Positions 1-8,662 of a stretch of 42,702 bases of DNA are shown in pieces; position 1 is the stretch's first letter, and every line of letters begins with the position of its first letter. Source of the stretch: an uncultured Bacteriovoracaceae bacterium (GTDB taxonomy: Bacteria; Bdellovibrionota; Bacteriovoracia; Bacteriovoracales; Bacteriovoracaceae); contig CAXGUD010000032.1 in the NCBI GenBank assembly GCA_964012805.1, positions 1-42,702 of the forward strand. Direction: 5' to 3'. The notes below the pieces were generated by a model. It saw nothing but the letters and a program-made list of their open reading frames with translations, was not told the DNA's origin and did not search any database. The translations under genes and the position numbers were made by a program.

Positions 1-281
1 TTTTTACAAGAAAATGGGAGAAGGAAGTTGTTGTTGCAATTTGAGCAGTGGAATTTTAAAAATCCCAGGGAGTAGAGTCCGCAGTTTAAGAATGAGGTGA
101 ATTCATTTTTGATGTAATGGGGAAGAACTTTTTGCTCTAGAGCAAAATATTTTTCAAATTTTACCAAGTTTTCAGCGACAACTTTTTTGACTATGGAGCT
201 GTTTTGGTCTTTTTTTTTGTATGAAATAAGGGACTGCAAATAGGTCTTGGACACAAAAAAGGTGAAGCAAAACCACCACAT
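1..281 (-). mobile_element. IS91-family (rolling-circle, Y2) transposase, N-terminal zinc-binding domain; truncated by the window edge
   Basis: Not in the ORF track. Manual minus-strand translation (ATG 281 or GTG 254, open to base 1) gives ...YKKKDQNSSIVKKVVAENLVKFEKYFALEQKVLPHYIKNEFTSFLNCGLYSLGFLKFHCSNCNNNFLLPFSCK. This matches the IS91/ISCR pattern LPxYVxxEFxxYLxCG...GF...CxxC...(A/P)FSCK. Confidence 0.85.
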
Positions 282-380
282 CTTAATAGAAGAATAAACC
301 CTTGAATACAAAGCATTATTATTCAAACTAGATTAGAAAAGGGTTGTGGAAATCAAAGGCTAAATAGAAAGAATAGGAAA

Positions 381-457
381 TGGTGCTGATGGGCAGAGTC
401 GAACTGCCGACCTTCGGGATATGAATCCGATGCTCTAACCAACTGAGCTACATCAGC
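381..457 (-). tRNA. tRNA-Met (CAT), elongator type (Ile2 not fully excluded)
   Basis: Reverse complement is GCTGATGTAGCTCAGTTGGTTAGAGCATCGGATTCATATCCCGAAGGTCGGCAGTTCGACTCTGCCCATCAGCACCA. It forms a cloverleaf with a G1-C72 pair (not initiator), TTCGA T-loop, anticodon CAT and encoded CCA. Confidence 0.95.
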
Positions 458-472
458 ATATTTTGTAACGAA

Positions 473-501
473 CTTTTAATTCCTCACGAGTCTATTGTCA
501 A
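473..501 (-). promoter_or_regulatory. Putative sigma70 promoter of the tRNA
   Basis: Minus strand TTGACA (501-496), 17 nt spacer, TAAAAG (478-473), ending 15 nt upstream of the mature tRNA 5' end. Confidence 0.55.
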
Positions 502-837
502 ACTTTCTTTTAAGGCCAAACTTGGCGAGAAAGCCTTTAATATCAAGCTCTTAACCGTCGGATAAAACTAAGCCGACTCTTTCTAATTAGAATTCATAGG
601 AGCCTAATAAAAACAACACTTTGGTATATTTGTTGGTTAAATTTGGAATAATATAAATATGCCGTTCTAACCAACTAAAGTGTACAACCCTATACCCTGA
701 GAACAAGTCTTGGAAATTTAATAGACTACCCTCTTTTTGTCCAGATAAATTCGTTTATTTTTTAAACAAAATTTTTTTAATGGGCTCTTTTTTTTCCCTC
801 AAAAGCGCCCATTTCTTTAAAAAAATTCAATCACAGC

Positions 838-865
838 TTTATCAATGGCCTCTTTGGCCCGATGA
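838..865 (+). promoter_or_regulatory. Possible sigma28 (FliA)-like promoter
   Basis: TTTA-N16-CCCGATGA upstream of ORF 905. Same spacing as the motifs at 4797 and 8628 but a weaker match. Confidence 0.3.
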
Positions 866-904
866 TAGCATTGAATAGCAAGAGGAAAGAGAGATAAAGC
901 GATC

Positions 905-1294
905 ATGACGTCAAGCGGTAAAATTATTTTTTCTAAAGAAAAGTCTTCAAAACCTGAAGACTTGCTTAAATTTACCATCCACGAACAATTGGCCATGGAG
1001 ACTAGTCAACATGAAGAAGTTGAAGAAAAAACTGAGGAAGTCCCAAAAGAAAAAATGCTGCCCTCTGGTCTTCAAAGAGAAATGGAAGAAAAGTTTATCC
1101 GCCAACTAAAAACTGAAAAGGCCAGATTAAAAGAAAGCCTTCAGATTGATTTTGCACGACGCTCTAGCATTATGGAAAAAGAAGTTAAAAAGGTGTTATT
1201 GGCCCTTCTAAAAACAGACCCAAATTTAAAAAAATATCTTTTAAAAATTCAAAAAGTTCTTAGTGAGTTTACCAAAAAAACAACAGAAGACTAA
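905..1294 (+). CDS. Hypothetical charged, coiled-coil-like protein
   Basis: 129-aa ORF with purine-rich upstream region and E/K-rich helical sequence. Its stop overlaps the stop of the convergent gene. Confidence 0.7.
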   Translation: MTSSGKIIFSKEKSSKPEDLLKFTIHEQLAMETSQHEEVEEKTEEVPKEKMLPSGLQREMEEKFIRQLKTEKARLKESLQIDFARRSSIMEKEVKKVLLALLKTDPNLKKYLLKIQKVLSEFTKKTTED

Positions 1295-2370
1295 AGTAAC
1301 TTTGAGCAAAGATCTCTGGCGGCTTTAAATGAAAAGGTGTAGCCATTTTTATAGAGTGATAAAATCCCGTAAATATTATCCTTTTCTTTTCCCAATGGAC
1401 CCCAAAAAGGCATTCTCTTTATGCCTTTTTGCCTAAGACCAACATGCCTTTTTCCCTTTTCAAAGGGAGGAAGAGGAAGCTTCAATTCGGTTTTTCCTAC
1501 ATCATACATTTCTTTTAATTTTACAACTTGAGGCGCCTTCAAAGCTCCCTCATCATTACTGTCAGTTGTGCCTCCAATAAGAAAACACTTATTCCAATGT
1601 TGATAAATAAAGTTATGGCCTTTGTAGGCTATACAAAAGCTTTCTTCATACTTGAAGTCAGAACCGGTATTTTCAAAGACTAAATAACTTCCAGACACAA
1701 CTTTGGCCTTTTCAAGTTGTTCATATTGACCTGGTAAAAAACCTTTCATCAACTTTGAGTAAGCTCCCGTCGCTAATATTAGCTGATCGGCTTTAAAAAA
1801 GGCCTCCGAATGAGTCTCAAGAATAATACCCTCATCAGGGTCATAAGTTATATCAGTAACGAAATCATAAAACTCAAGGTAATTAATTCCTCGGTCCTTC
1901 GCCTTCTTCTTTACTCTTTTTGAAAACCACTTTAGATAAACCGCAGGGTCAATGAAGTAAGCGTCCCAAACCTTTCCCTTTTGAGGGGTTAAAGGGTTCT
2001 TAAAGGGTCCTAAAGCCTTAAGGTCATCAACACTCTTAAACCTTCTCTCATACTCAATAACAGAGTTTTTTCCATCAGGCTCACACTGGTTATATTGCTT
2101 TCCCTTAACAACACCTTCAGGATGCTCTTTTTCAAAAAAAGAACTCGCCAGAGTGTAAGATTCAACTAAAAGGTCTCCCAAAGGACTCACGCCTTTTTGA
2201 GTTCCTTGTAAACAACAAACAGCAGTAGAGTTTAAAGAGCAGCTTGGGGCCATATCCTGACCTTTTATGTGAACAACCCTATGCCCCTTTGGGACTTTTT
2301 CTAGAAAAGAATCCAAAAAAACGTAGGTGCTGATTCCACCACCGATGATGACCCACACTTTTGTCACCAC
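1291..2370 (-). CDS. FAD-dependent oxidoreductase (DAO/glycine oxidase/MnmC C-terminal-like)
   Basis: N-terminal VIIGGGI Rossmann motif, LILATGAYS, IGGT, GLR and C-terminal LYKNGYTFS typical of the DAO family. GGAG SD upstream of GTG. Confidence 0.8.
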   Translation of the reverse strand: MVTKVWVIIGGGISTYVFLDSFLEKVPKGHRVVHIKGQDMAPSCSLNSTAVCCLQGTQKGVSPLGDLLVESYTLASSFFEKEHPEGVVKGKQYNQCEPDGKNSVIEYERRFKSVDDLKALGPFKNPLTPQKGKVWDAYFIDPAVYLKWFSKRVKKKAKDRGINYLEFYDFVTDITYDPDEGIILETHSEAFFKADQLILATGAYSKLMKGFLPGQYEQLEKAKVVSGSYLVFENTGSDFKYEESFCIAYKGHNFIYQHWNKCFLIGGTTDSNDEGALKAPQVVKLKEMYDVGKTELKLPLPPFEKGKRHVGLRQKGIKRMPFWGPLGKEKDNIYGILSLYKNGYTFSFKAARDLCSKLL

Positions 2371-2472
2371 TTTCTCCTTTTTTTTCTTTTCAAACGCTGA
2401 CGGAGCTTAATTGTTTGGCTAAAATGAAATGATCTTTTTACTCACTGCTAAATTTACAGGAGAACTAGGAAA

Positions 2473-4776
2473 ATGGCCATTGATTCCTTAGGGGTTAAGC
2501 ACGCAGCATTAGAAACAGAAATTTCCCTCAATCAGTGCTTAAGTGTCCTCACTTTAATTTTTGACGAAGATTGCACAATCCCATTTGTTACGCGTTATAG
2601 GAAAGAAAGAACCGGGGGATTAGACGAAGTTCAAATTAGAGATATCAAGGATGCCTACGAGGAGTACCTTGAAACTGAAAAAAGAAGGTCCTACATCCTA
2701 GAGGCCATTAAAAAACTAGAAAAATTAACACCAGAGCTTGAAAAGAAAATTAAAGCCGCTCCCAACCTAACTGTGCTTGAGGACCTCTATGCACCTTATA
2801 AAAGTAAAAGAAAAACCAAGGCCATGAAGGCCCAAGAAGCAGGGCTAGGCCCTCTTTTTGATACCTTAAAAACTACGACAAAATCTCTTGAGGAACTGAA
2901 AAGCGAACTTGGCGAAAAATTCCTCAATAAGGAACACAAGATCCTCACCTTCGAAGATGCCTTATCAGGTGCTCTGGATATTTTCATTGAAACTATTGCC
3001 CATGATAGTGAGATCAAAGATCAACTTAGAAAAGATTATTGGAATGAGGCCACACTTTCTTCTGCAAAAAGACCTAAAGCAGAAGAAGAAAAAGACTACC
3101 TCAAATTTAAGGACTATTTTGAGTTTTCAGAACCTCTGACAAACTTAAAAGACGAGAAGAACTCTCACCGCTTTTTGGCCATGAGAAGGGGAATGACTCT
3201 TAAAATCCTCAAACTCGATGTTAATTATAGTGAGGAAGCTGCCACTGCTCTTATCATTAAAAAGCATATTCCTGAAAATTCCGGTATAAGAGATATTCTT
3301 GAAAAAGCTGCTGGCAAATCCTATAGGCTCTTTATTCATAGCTCTTTAGATGTTGAAATCAAAACTGAGCTTAAAAAGATCTCTGATCTTTCCGCAATCA
3401 ACGTTTTTGGTAAAAATCTAAAAGACCTCCTCCTGCAACCTTATTTGGGGGCCAAATGTGTCTTGGGCATAGACCCCGGTGTTAGAACAGGCTGTAAAGT
3501 TGCCGTTGTCGACGATACAGGAAAATATATCTTAGACACTGTTATTTACCCCCACCAATCTGTTGCTCATAAAGATAAATCAGAAAAAATCCTCCTGGCC
3601 CTTTTTGAAAAGTTTAAAATTTTTCATGTGGCGATTGGTAATGGAACCTATGGAAGAGAGACTCTATCTTTTGTGGAAGATACTATAAAGGCCAATAAAC
3701 TAAGCAAAATTAAGGCCACCTTAATTAGTGAATCTGGAGCTTCCATCTACTCGACTTCAGAAATAGCAAGAAAAGAGTTTCCAGACCTTGACCCCACCGT
3801 TAGAGGGGCGATTTCAATTGCAAGACGTTTTCAAGATCCCCTGGCAGAACTTGTTAAAATCGACCCAAAATCGATTGGCGTCGGTCAGTATCAACATGAC
3901 GTCAACCAAAGTAAACTCAAAAAGTCTCTAGAAGAAGTTGTAGAAAGCTGTGTGAACTATGTTGGAGTTGATATTAATACAGCTTCTGCTCCACTTTTAA
4001 GTTATATTTCTGGGATTGGGCCAACTCTCGCTAAAAATGTTGTCAGCTACCGTGAAAAAGAAGGTGGCTTTAAAAGCAGAGAAGAACTCCTTAAAGTTTC
4101 AAGATTCAATGAAAAAATCTACCAGCAATCGGCTGGTTTTATGAGAATTTACCAGGGACAAAATCCACTTGATTCAACTTTTATTCACCCTGAAAACTAC
4201 CCAAAGATTGAGTCCTGGGCCCAAATGAATAAAGTTAAGCTTGAAGCTCTTATTGAAGACTCGGCCCTTATAAACAAACTCGAAAAAGATAAGAGCTTTG
4301 AAGATGAAGTCGGTGACTTTACCCATAAGGATATTATTTCTTCACTTAAGGCCCCTTCCCAGGATCCGCGAAGTGAATTTAAATCCATTGAATTTAGAGA
4401 TGACATAAAATCCATTGAAGACCTTAAAGTTGGGGAGTGGTATACAGGAGTAGTCAACAATATAACAAAATTTGGCGCCTTCGTGGATATTGGAATTAAA
4501 GAAAGTGGTCTTCTTCATATTTCTCAGATATCCGACACTTTTGTTAAAGACCCACTTAGTGTTTTAAAAGTTGGACAAGAGGTTAAAGCTCAAGTCCTAG
4601 ACGTTGATTACGAAAGAAAGAGAATTTCACTCAGTTGTAAAAAAGGTAAGGGCGACCATAACTATGCTGAGTACTCTTCTTCTAACGTCAAGAACTCTGG
4701 AAATAAGTCCAAGAAAAGAACTCAGGACCCTGCTCCTAAAAGCCCTTTCAGCGCTTTAAAAAACTTTAAAGTTTAA
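2473..4776 (+). CDS. tex: Tex family RNA-binding transcriptional accessory protein
   Basis: TIPFVTRYRKERTGGLDE, LEDLYAPYK, GIDPGVRTGCK (YqgF-like domain), IGVGQYQHDV, HhH repeats and C-terminal S1 domain (FGAFVDIG). Confidence 0.97.
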   Translation: MAIDSLGVKHAALETEISLNQCLSVLTLIFDEDCTIPFVTRYRKERTGGLDEVQIRDIKDAYEEYLETEKRRSYILEAIKKLEKLTPELEKKIKAAPNLTVLEDLYAPYKSKRKTKAMKAQEAGLGPLFDTLKTTTKSLEELKSELGEKFLNKEHKILTFEDALSGALDIFIETIAHDSEIKDQLRKDYWNEATLSSAKRPKAEEEKDYLKFKDYFEFSEPLTNLKDEKNSHRFLAMRRGMTLKILKLDVNYSEEAATALIIKKHIPENSGIRDILEKAAGKSYRLFIHSSLDVEIKTELKKISDLSAINVFGKNLKDLLLQPYLGAKCVLGIDPGVRTGCKVAVVDDTGKYILDTVIYPHQSVAHKDKSEKILLALFEKFKIFHVAIGNGTYGRETLSFVEDTIKANKLSKIKATLISESGASIYSTSEIARKEFPDLDPTVRGAISIARRFQDPLAELVKIDPKSIGVGQYQHDVNQSKLKKSLEEVVESCVNYVGVDINTASAPLLSYISGIGPTLAKNVVSYREKEGGFKSREELLKVSRFNEKIYQQSAGFMRIYQGQNPLDSTFIHPENYPKIESWAQMNKVKLEALIEDSALINKLEKDKSFEDEVGDFTHKDIISSLKAPSQDPRSEFKSIEFRDDIKSIEDLKVGEWYTGVVNNITKFGAFVDIGIKESGLLHISQISDTFVKDPLSVLKVGQEVKAQVLDVDYERKRISLSCKKGKGDHNYAEYSSSNVKNSGNKSKKRTQDPAPKSPFSALKNFKV

Positions 4777-4796
4777 CCTTTTAATACCTGTTTTTA

Positions 4797-4824
4797 TTAA
4801 CATGCCTCTCTAATTTACCGAAAA
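4797..4824 (+). promoter_or_regulatory. Putative sigma28 (FliA)-type promoter of kinase A
   Basis: TTAA-N16-ACCGAAAA ending 7 nt before the ATG at 4832; resembles the consensus TAAA-N15-GCCGATAA. Confidence 0.55.
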
Positions 4825-4831
4825 GGGAGGC

Positions 4832-7800
4832 ATGTCATTAAAAAGAAAAATTACTTCACTACTTAATAAATCCGGAGACCTATCACTCCAATTATTTTTA
4901 TTAATTATGTTTGGTTATTTTCTAATCATTCTTGCCATTTTCACTTACCGATACCAAAATTTAAAACAAATTGAGCAAAAAAATATAGAAAAAGAAATAA
5001 AAGAGTTCTCCAAGAGTTTTTCCTCACCAATTGGAAAGCATCTATTTGAAAAGAAAAAAAATTTACTAATAGAAAATATAAATAAAATTTTAGAAAAAGA
5101 AATAATAACAGGGGTTAAAATAACGGACCCTTTTAGAAATCACATTGAAAGTAAGGGAACTACAACTGAATACTTATTGAAAAAAGAAATTCCAATCAAT
5201 ATACAAATTAATAACCAAAAGGAAATGATTGGATACATGAACTATTACTCCGTGGAAGCGGTCATATTTCCTCGAATAAAATATAAATTGGTCAATTTAT
5301 TATTTAAGTTATTTTTAGAGTTTTTAATTCTTAGCATATTTTTATATTTATTTTTATTAAAAAATATTAAAAAGCCTCTAAGAGAAATTGTTAAACAAAT
5401 GTCTCTTATGAAGCCTAAAGAGTTATCTAAAGTTGCTGTGTCATCATCGCTAAGTGGGATCGATTTGTTAAGAGACTCTTTTAATCAGATGGTTTCAAAG
5501 ATTTCCCAACATAAAAAAACTTACGAAGAAAAAAATCAAGCGCTTAAAGATATCGATCTACAAAAAACAAATTTCTTCAAAAATATTTCAGTTGAATTAC
5601 AAACACCTCTTAACCTAATCATTGAACCATTGGAAAACCTACACCAAAAATACCTGGAAGAGGAACATTTTGGTACTGCTTTAAAAAATTCAAAAAAGCT
5701 GTACCGGTTAGTTGAGCAACTTCTTGATTTTCAAAGTTTATCTATAGATAAAATGACGCAAAAAGACTGGCCGATAAATGTCTTTCACTTTTTAAAGCAG
5801 GTTCATTTCTTATTTCAAAGCACCTATAGCTTCGAAGATATTGATTTCAATTTAGACATCGAAAAGCTTGTTACTCACTCTGATGATGGAGAATCTACTC
5901 ACAAGGGTATCTTTATTCAGGTTAATCCAGAAAATTTAGAAAAAATAGTTTTTAACTTTCTTTCGAATGCTCTCAAGTTTACTGGTGAAGGAGGGAGGAT
6001 TACCCTAGGTGGGGAAAGAAGAGATAATATAATTCGAATTTTTGTAAGAGATTCAGGCCCTGGTATTCCCAAAGAGAAACAAGAAAAAGTATTCGAAATC
6101 TTTGGCCAACTTGATCCAGATCCAACTTCAACATTTGAAGGTACCGGACTTGGACTTGCTTTAAGTAAAGAATTGACAATAAAAATGAAAGGAAAAATTG
6201 GAATTGAAAGTGAACCAGGTCATGGTAGCGAGTTTTTTTGTGAATTTAAAGAAATAGATTACGATAAAGAAGAATTGGACATACTGATTTTAGAAGATGA
6301 AATAGATACCGCAAATACTCTAGAAATGATTTTAGAAAAACTTCCAGAAACACCTAAATATAAAATTGCTCTAAGTTCAGAAGAAGGACGTAAAATTCTA
6401 GAAGATAATCAAGTCAAATTAGTTATCGCTGATTCAAGGTTACCTGGAGAAGGTGGTATTAGCTTTTTGGAGTTTATAAGAGATACTCAACCACAAACAA
6501 AAAAAATATTACTTACAGGTGATACTGATTATGAGGCATTAAAAAATGCTCATAATCATGCAAAAGTCGATACAATTATTTTTAAACCCTGGGATGAACA
6601 TTTTCTACTAAAAACGATAGATGAACTCCTTCAATTCTTCGGTAGTAATATTAAAAATTCTCTTTATCTCAAAACAAGAATTGATATAAAAAAGGATAAG
6701 GAAGAAGAGGAAGGGGATGACGAATCTGTTCTTTCTGAGGTAGAAGAAACTAGAACTCAGAGAGTTATACTTATTGTTGATGATATTAAAGACATGAGAA
6801 ATCTTATTTCAAAAGAACTAAGGGAAAAAGGCTTCAAAGTAATTTCTAGAAGTAATGGCCTTAATGGATTTGAAGCCGCTAAGCAGTTTTCTCCCGATTT
6901 AATTATAACCGATTGGATGATGCCTATTATGAATGGGCCTGAAATGATTTCAAAAATTAAGAAATATGAAGAAATTTCTAATATTCCGATAATAATCCTA
7001 ACTTCCAAGGCAGAACAGGAAAGCAGGATTAAAGGAATTGATATTGGAGCAGATAATTACTTATCAAAACCATTTAAAATTCAGGAATTAATCAGCAATA
7101 TTTATAACCTGATTGAATTGAAAGAAAATGAGAAAAAACTAACTACAGCAAATAATGAACTTCAAGAGAAACAATCTGCTATTCAAAATCTCCTTGAGAA
7201 CTTGGGCCAAGGTTTTCTTATATTTAATGAAAAAGCTGTTGTCTTACCGGGTTGCTCTGAAGTAACAAAAGACTTTTTTGGAACTGACCCCACATCAAAG
7301 TTCTTTTACGATGTAATTTCACTTAATGAAAATCAAAAGAAAACATTTATGAGTTGGATAAAAAATGTATGGAAAGGTAATTTCTCATTTAAAGATATGC
7401 TTCCCTTAGCCCCTAAAATGTATGAAGAGGAAGAAAAGTATATTCAACTCAATTACAGACCTATATATGGACCTAATGGAAATCTCGAAAAAATAATTTG
7501 CGTTGCCACAAATAAGACACAAGAAAGAAAGCTTGAAATTAAAACAAAAAATGAAAGAGAAAAGATTCAGATGATTTTAAAAATATTAAAAGATCCACTT
7601 GGTTTCCAAAATGTCATTGATACGACTTACTCTACCTTTAATTTATTTGAAGTAGAACTTAATAAGAACCCAAGTGATATAGATATAACGTATATTTATA
7701 GAAAAACACATACATTAAAAGCACTCTTCGGTTCTTTCTCAGTTCCCGAAATACCTTCAATCCTGAATAACTTTGAAAGCCTGCTTTCAAGGATTAAGGA

Positions 7801-8611
7801 TAAAAATGATAAGGGTAATGATATATCAAGAAGCTCTGTTGTAAGGATTAAAAAAGAAGTTCTTGAAATTTTCACAAAATTTAACAGTTTTACAAAAAAG
7901 AATCGTATTTTAATTGAGCAAACATCAACGAAGGGAAATATTGATAAAAAAGCTGTTTCTATGGAAGATATATATGAAGTGGCCCATACAATTGAGAGTA
8001 CTCTTTCCAAAGACCATCCAATATATATTAACTTTGTTGACGACTTTATCTTAGAAAACATAGCTGTTCCTTTCATAAAGCTCAAAGAAAAATATGAAGA
8101 ATTATCAGAGAAAAAAGGTAAGCCTCTGAATTTTGAAATTGCTTCAACTAAAACGAGGGTTCGGCAAGATTTTTATAATTCTTTTTTTGAAATGAGCCCC
8201 TATCTACTCAACTGTCTAACTGATTATGATCTAGAAACAGCACAAGAAAGAGAAGTATTAGGTAAAGAAAAAAACAACTCTATTAGGATCAGCTTTGAAG
8301 AAACGGCTTCTAAAATGGAAAAGAAGTATATAATTATTAATATTTCTTCTGATGGAAGGGGCATTGATGAAGAAAAATTAAAAACCCTCTTTGAAAAAGC
8401 GGTTCCTAAAGACCTCACTCCTTTTTTTAAATCAGATAACCTTTATCAGATCTTTGGCAAGGATTTTTCTCAAGAAATTATTGGTGTTCACAATCTTATT
8501 GAAGAAATTGAGAATATGAAAGGAAGCATAAAAATCTCATCCAAATCAAATAATGGTTTTCAATTTATTATTAAGGTTCCCTTCGTCAAGTATTCTCCGC
8601 AAGCTCACTAA
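4832..8611 (+). CDS. Membrane hybrid sensor kinase A: TM-sensor-TM-HAMP-HisKA(H->V)-HATPase-REC-REC-PAS-like-Hpt-degenerate CheA-type HATPase
   Basis: Two hydrophobic segments. H-box reads NISVELQTPL. N box NFLSNALKF, G1 DSGPGI, G2 GTGLGL. REC motifs IADSRLP..KPW and ITDWMMP..KPF. Hpt RKTHTLKA. The C-terminal ATPase keeps only DGRGID. Confidence 0.9.
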   Translation: MSLKRKITSLLNKSGDLSLQLFLLIMFGYFLIILAIFTYRYQNLKQIEQKNIEKEIKEFSKSFSSPIGKHLFEKKKNLLIENINKILEKEIITGVKITDPFRNHIESKGTTTEYLLKKEIPINIQINNQKEMIGYMNYYSVEAVIFPRIKYKLVNLLFKLFLEFLILSIFLYLFLLKNIKKPLREIVKQMSLMKPKELSKVAVSSSLSGIDLLRDSFNQMVSKISQHKKTYEEKNQALKDIDLQKTNFFKNISVELQTPLNLIIEPLENLHQKYLEEEHFGTALKNSKKLYRLVEQLLDFQSLSIDKMTQKDWPINVFHFLKQVHFLFQSTYSFEDIDFNLDIEKLVTHSDDGESTHKGIFIQVNPENLEKIVFNFLSNALKFTGEGGRITLGGERRDNIIRIFVRDSGPGIPKEKQEKVFEIFGQLDPDPTSTFEGTGLGLALSKELTIKMKGKIGIESEPGHGSEFFCEFKEIDYDKEELDILILEDEIDTANTLEMILEKLPETPKYKIALSSEEGRKILEDNQVKLVIADSRLPGEGGISFLEFIRDTQPQTKKILLTGDTDYEALKNAHNHAKVDTIIFKPWDEHFLLKTIDELLQFFGSNIKNSLYLKTRIDIKKDKEEEEGDDESVLSEVEETRTQRVILIVDDIKDMRNLISKELREKGFKVISRSNGLNGFEAAKQFSPDLIITDWMMPIMNGPEMISKIKKYEEISNIPIIILTSKAEQESRIKGIDIGADNYLSKPFKIQELISNIYNLIELKENEKKLTTANNELQEKQSAIQNLLENLGQGFLIFNEKAVVLPGCSEVTKDFFGTDPTSKFFYDVISLNENQKKTFMSWIKNVWKGNFSFKDMLPLAPKMYEEEEKYIQLNYRPIYGPNGNLEKIICVATNKTQERKLEIKTKNEREKIQMILKILKDPLGFQNVIDTTYSTFNLFEVELNKNPSDIDITYIYRKTHTLKALFGSFSVPEIPSILNNFESLLSRIKDKNDKGNDISRSSVVRIKKEVLEIFTKFNSFTKKNRILIEQTSTKGNIDKKAVSMEDIYEVAHTIESTLSKDHPIYINFVDDFILENIAVPFIKLKEKYEELSEKKGKPLNFEIASTKTRVRQDFYNSFFEMSPYLLNCLTDYDLETAQEREVLGKEKNNSIRISFEETASKMEKKYIIINISSDGRGIDEEKLKTLFEKAVPKDLTPFFKSDNLYQIFGKDFSQEIIGVHNLIEEIENMKGSIKISSKSNNGFQFIIKVPFVKYSPQAH

Positions 8612-8627
8612 ACAAATACTACTTACC

Positions 8628-8655
8628 TTAATTTAAAATCATCAAAAACCGATAA
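8628..8655 (+). promoter_or_regulatory. Putative sigma28 (FliA)-type promoter of kinase B
   Basis: TTAA-N16-ACCGATAA ending 7 nt before the ATG at 8663; no SD sequence in between. Confidence 0.6.
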
Positions 8656-8662
8656 GTTTCTG

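Noticed and set aside
510..540. GGCCAAAC...GAGAAAGCC resembling part of a c-di-GMP-I riboswitch
   Set aside because: It lacks a proper P2 stem with GNRA loop and the GACGCAAAG core, and no gene lies close downstream.
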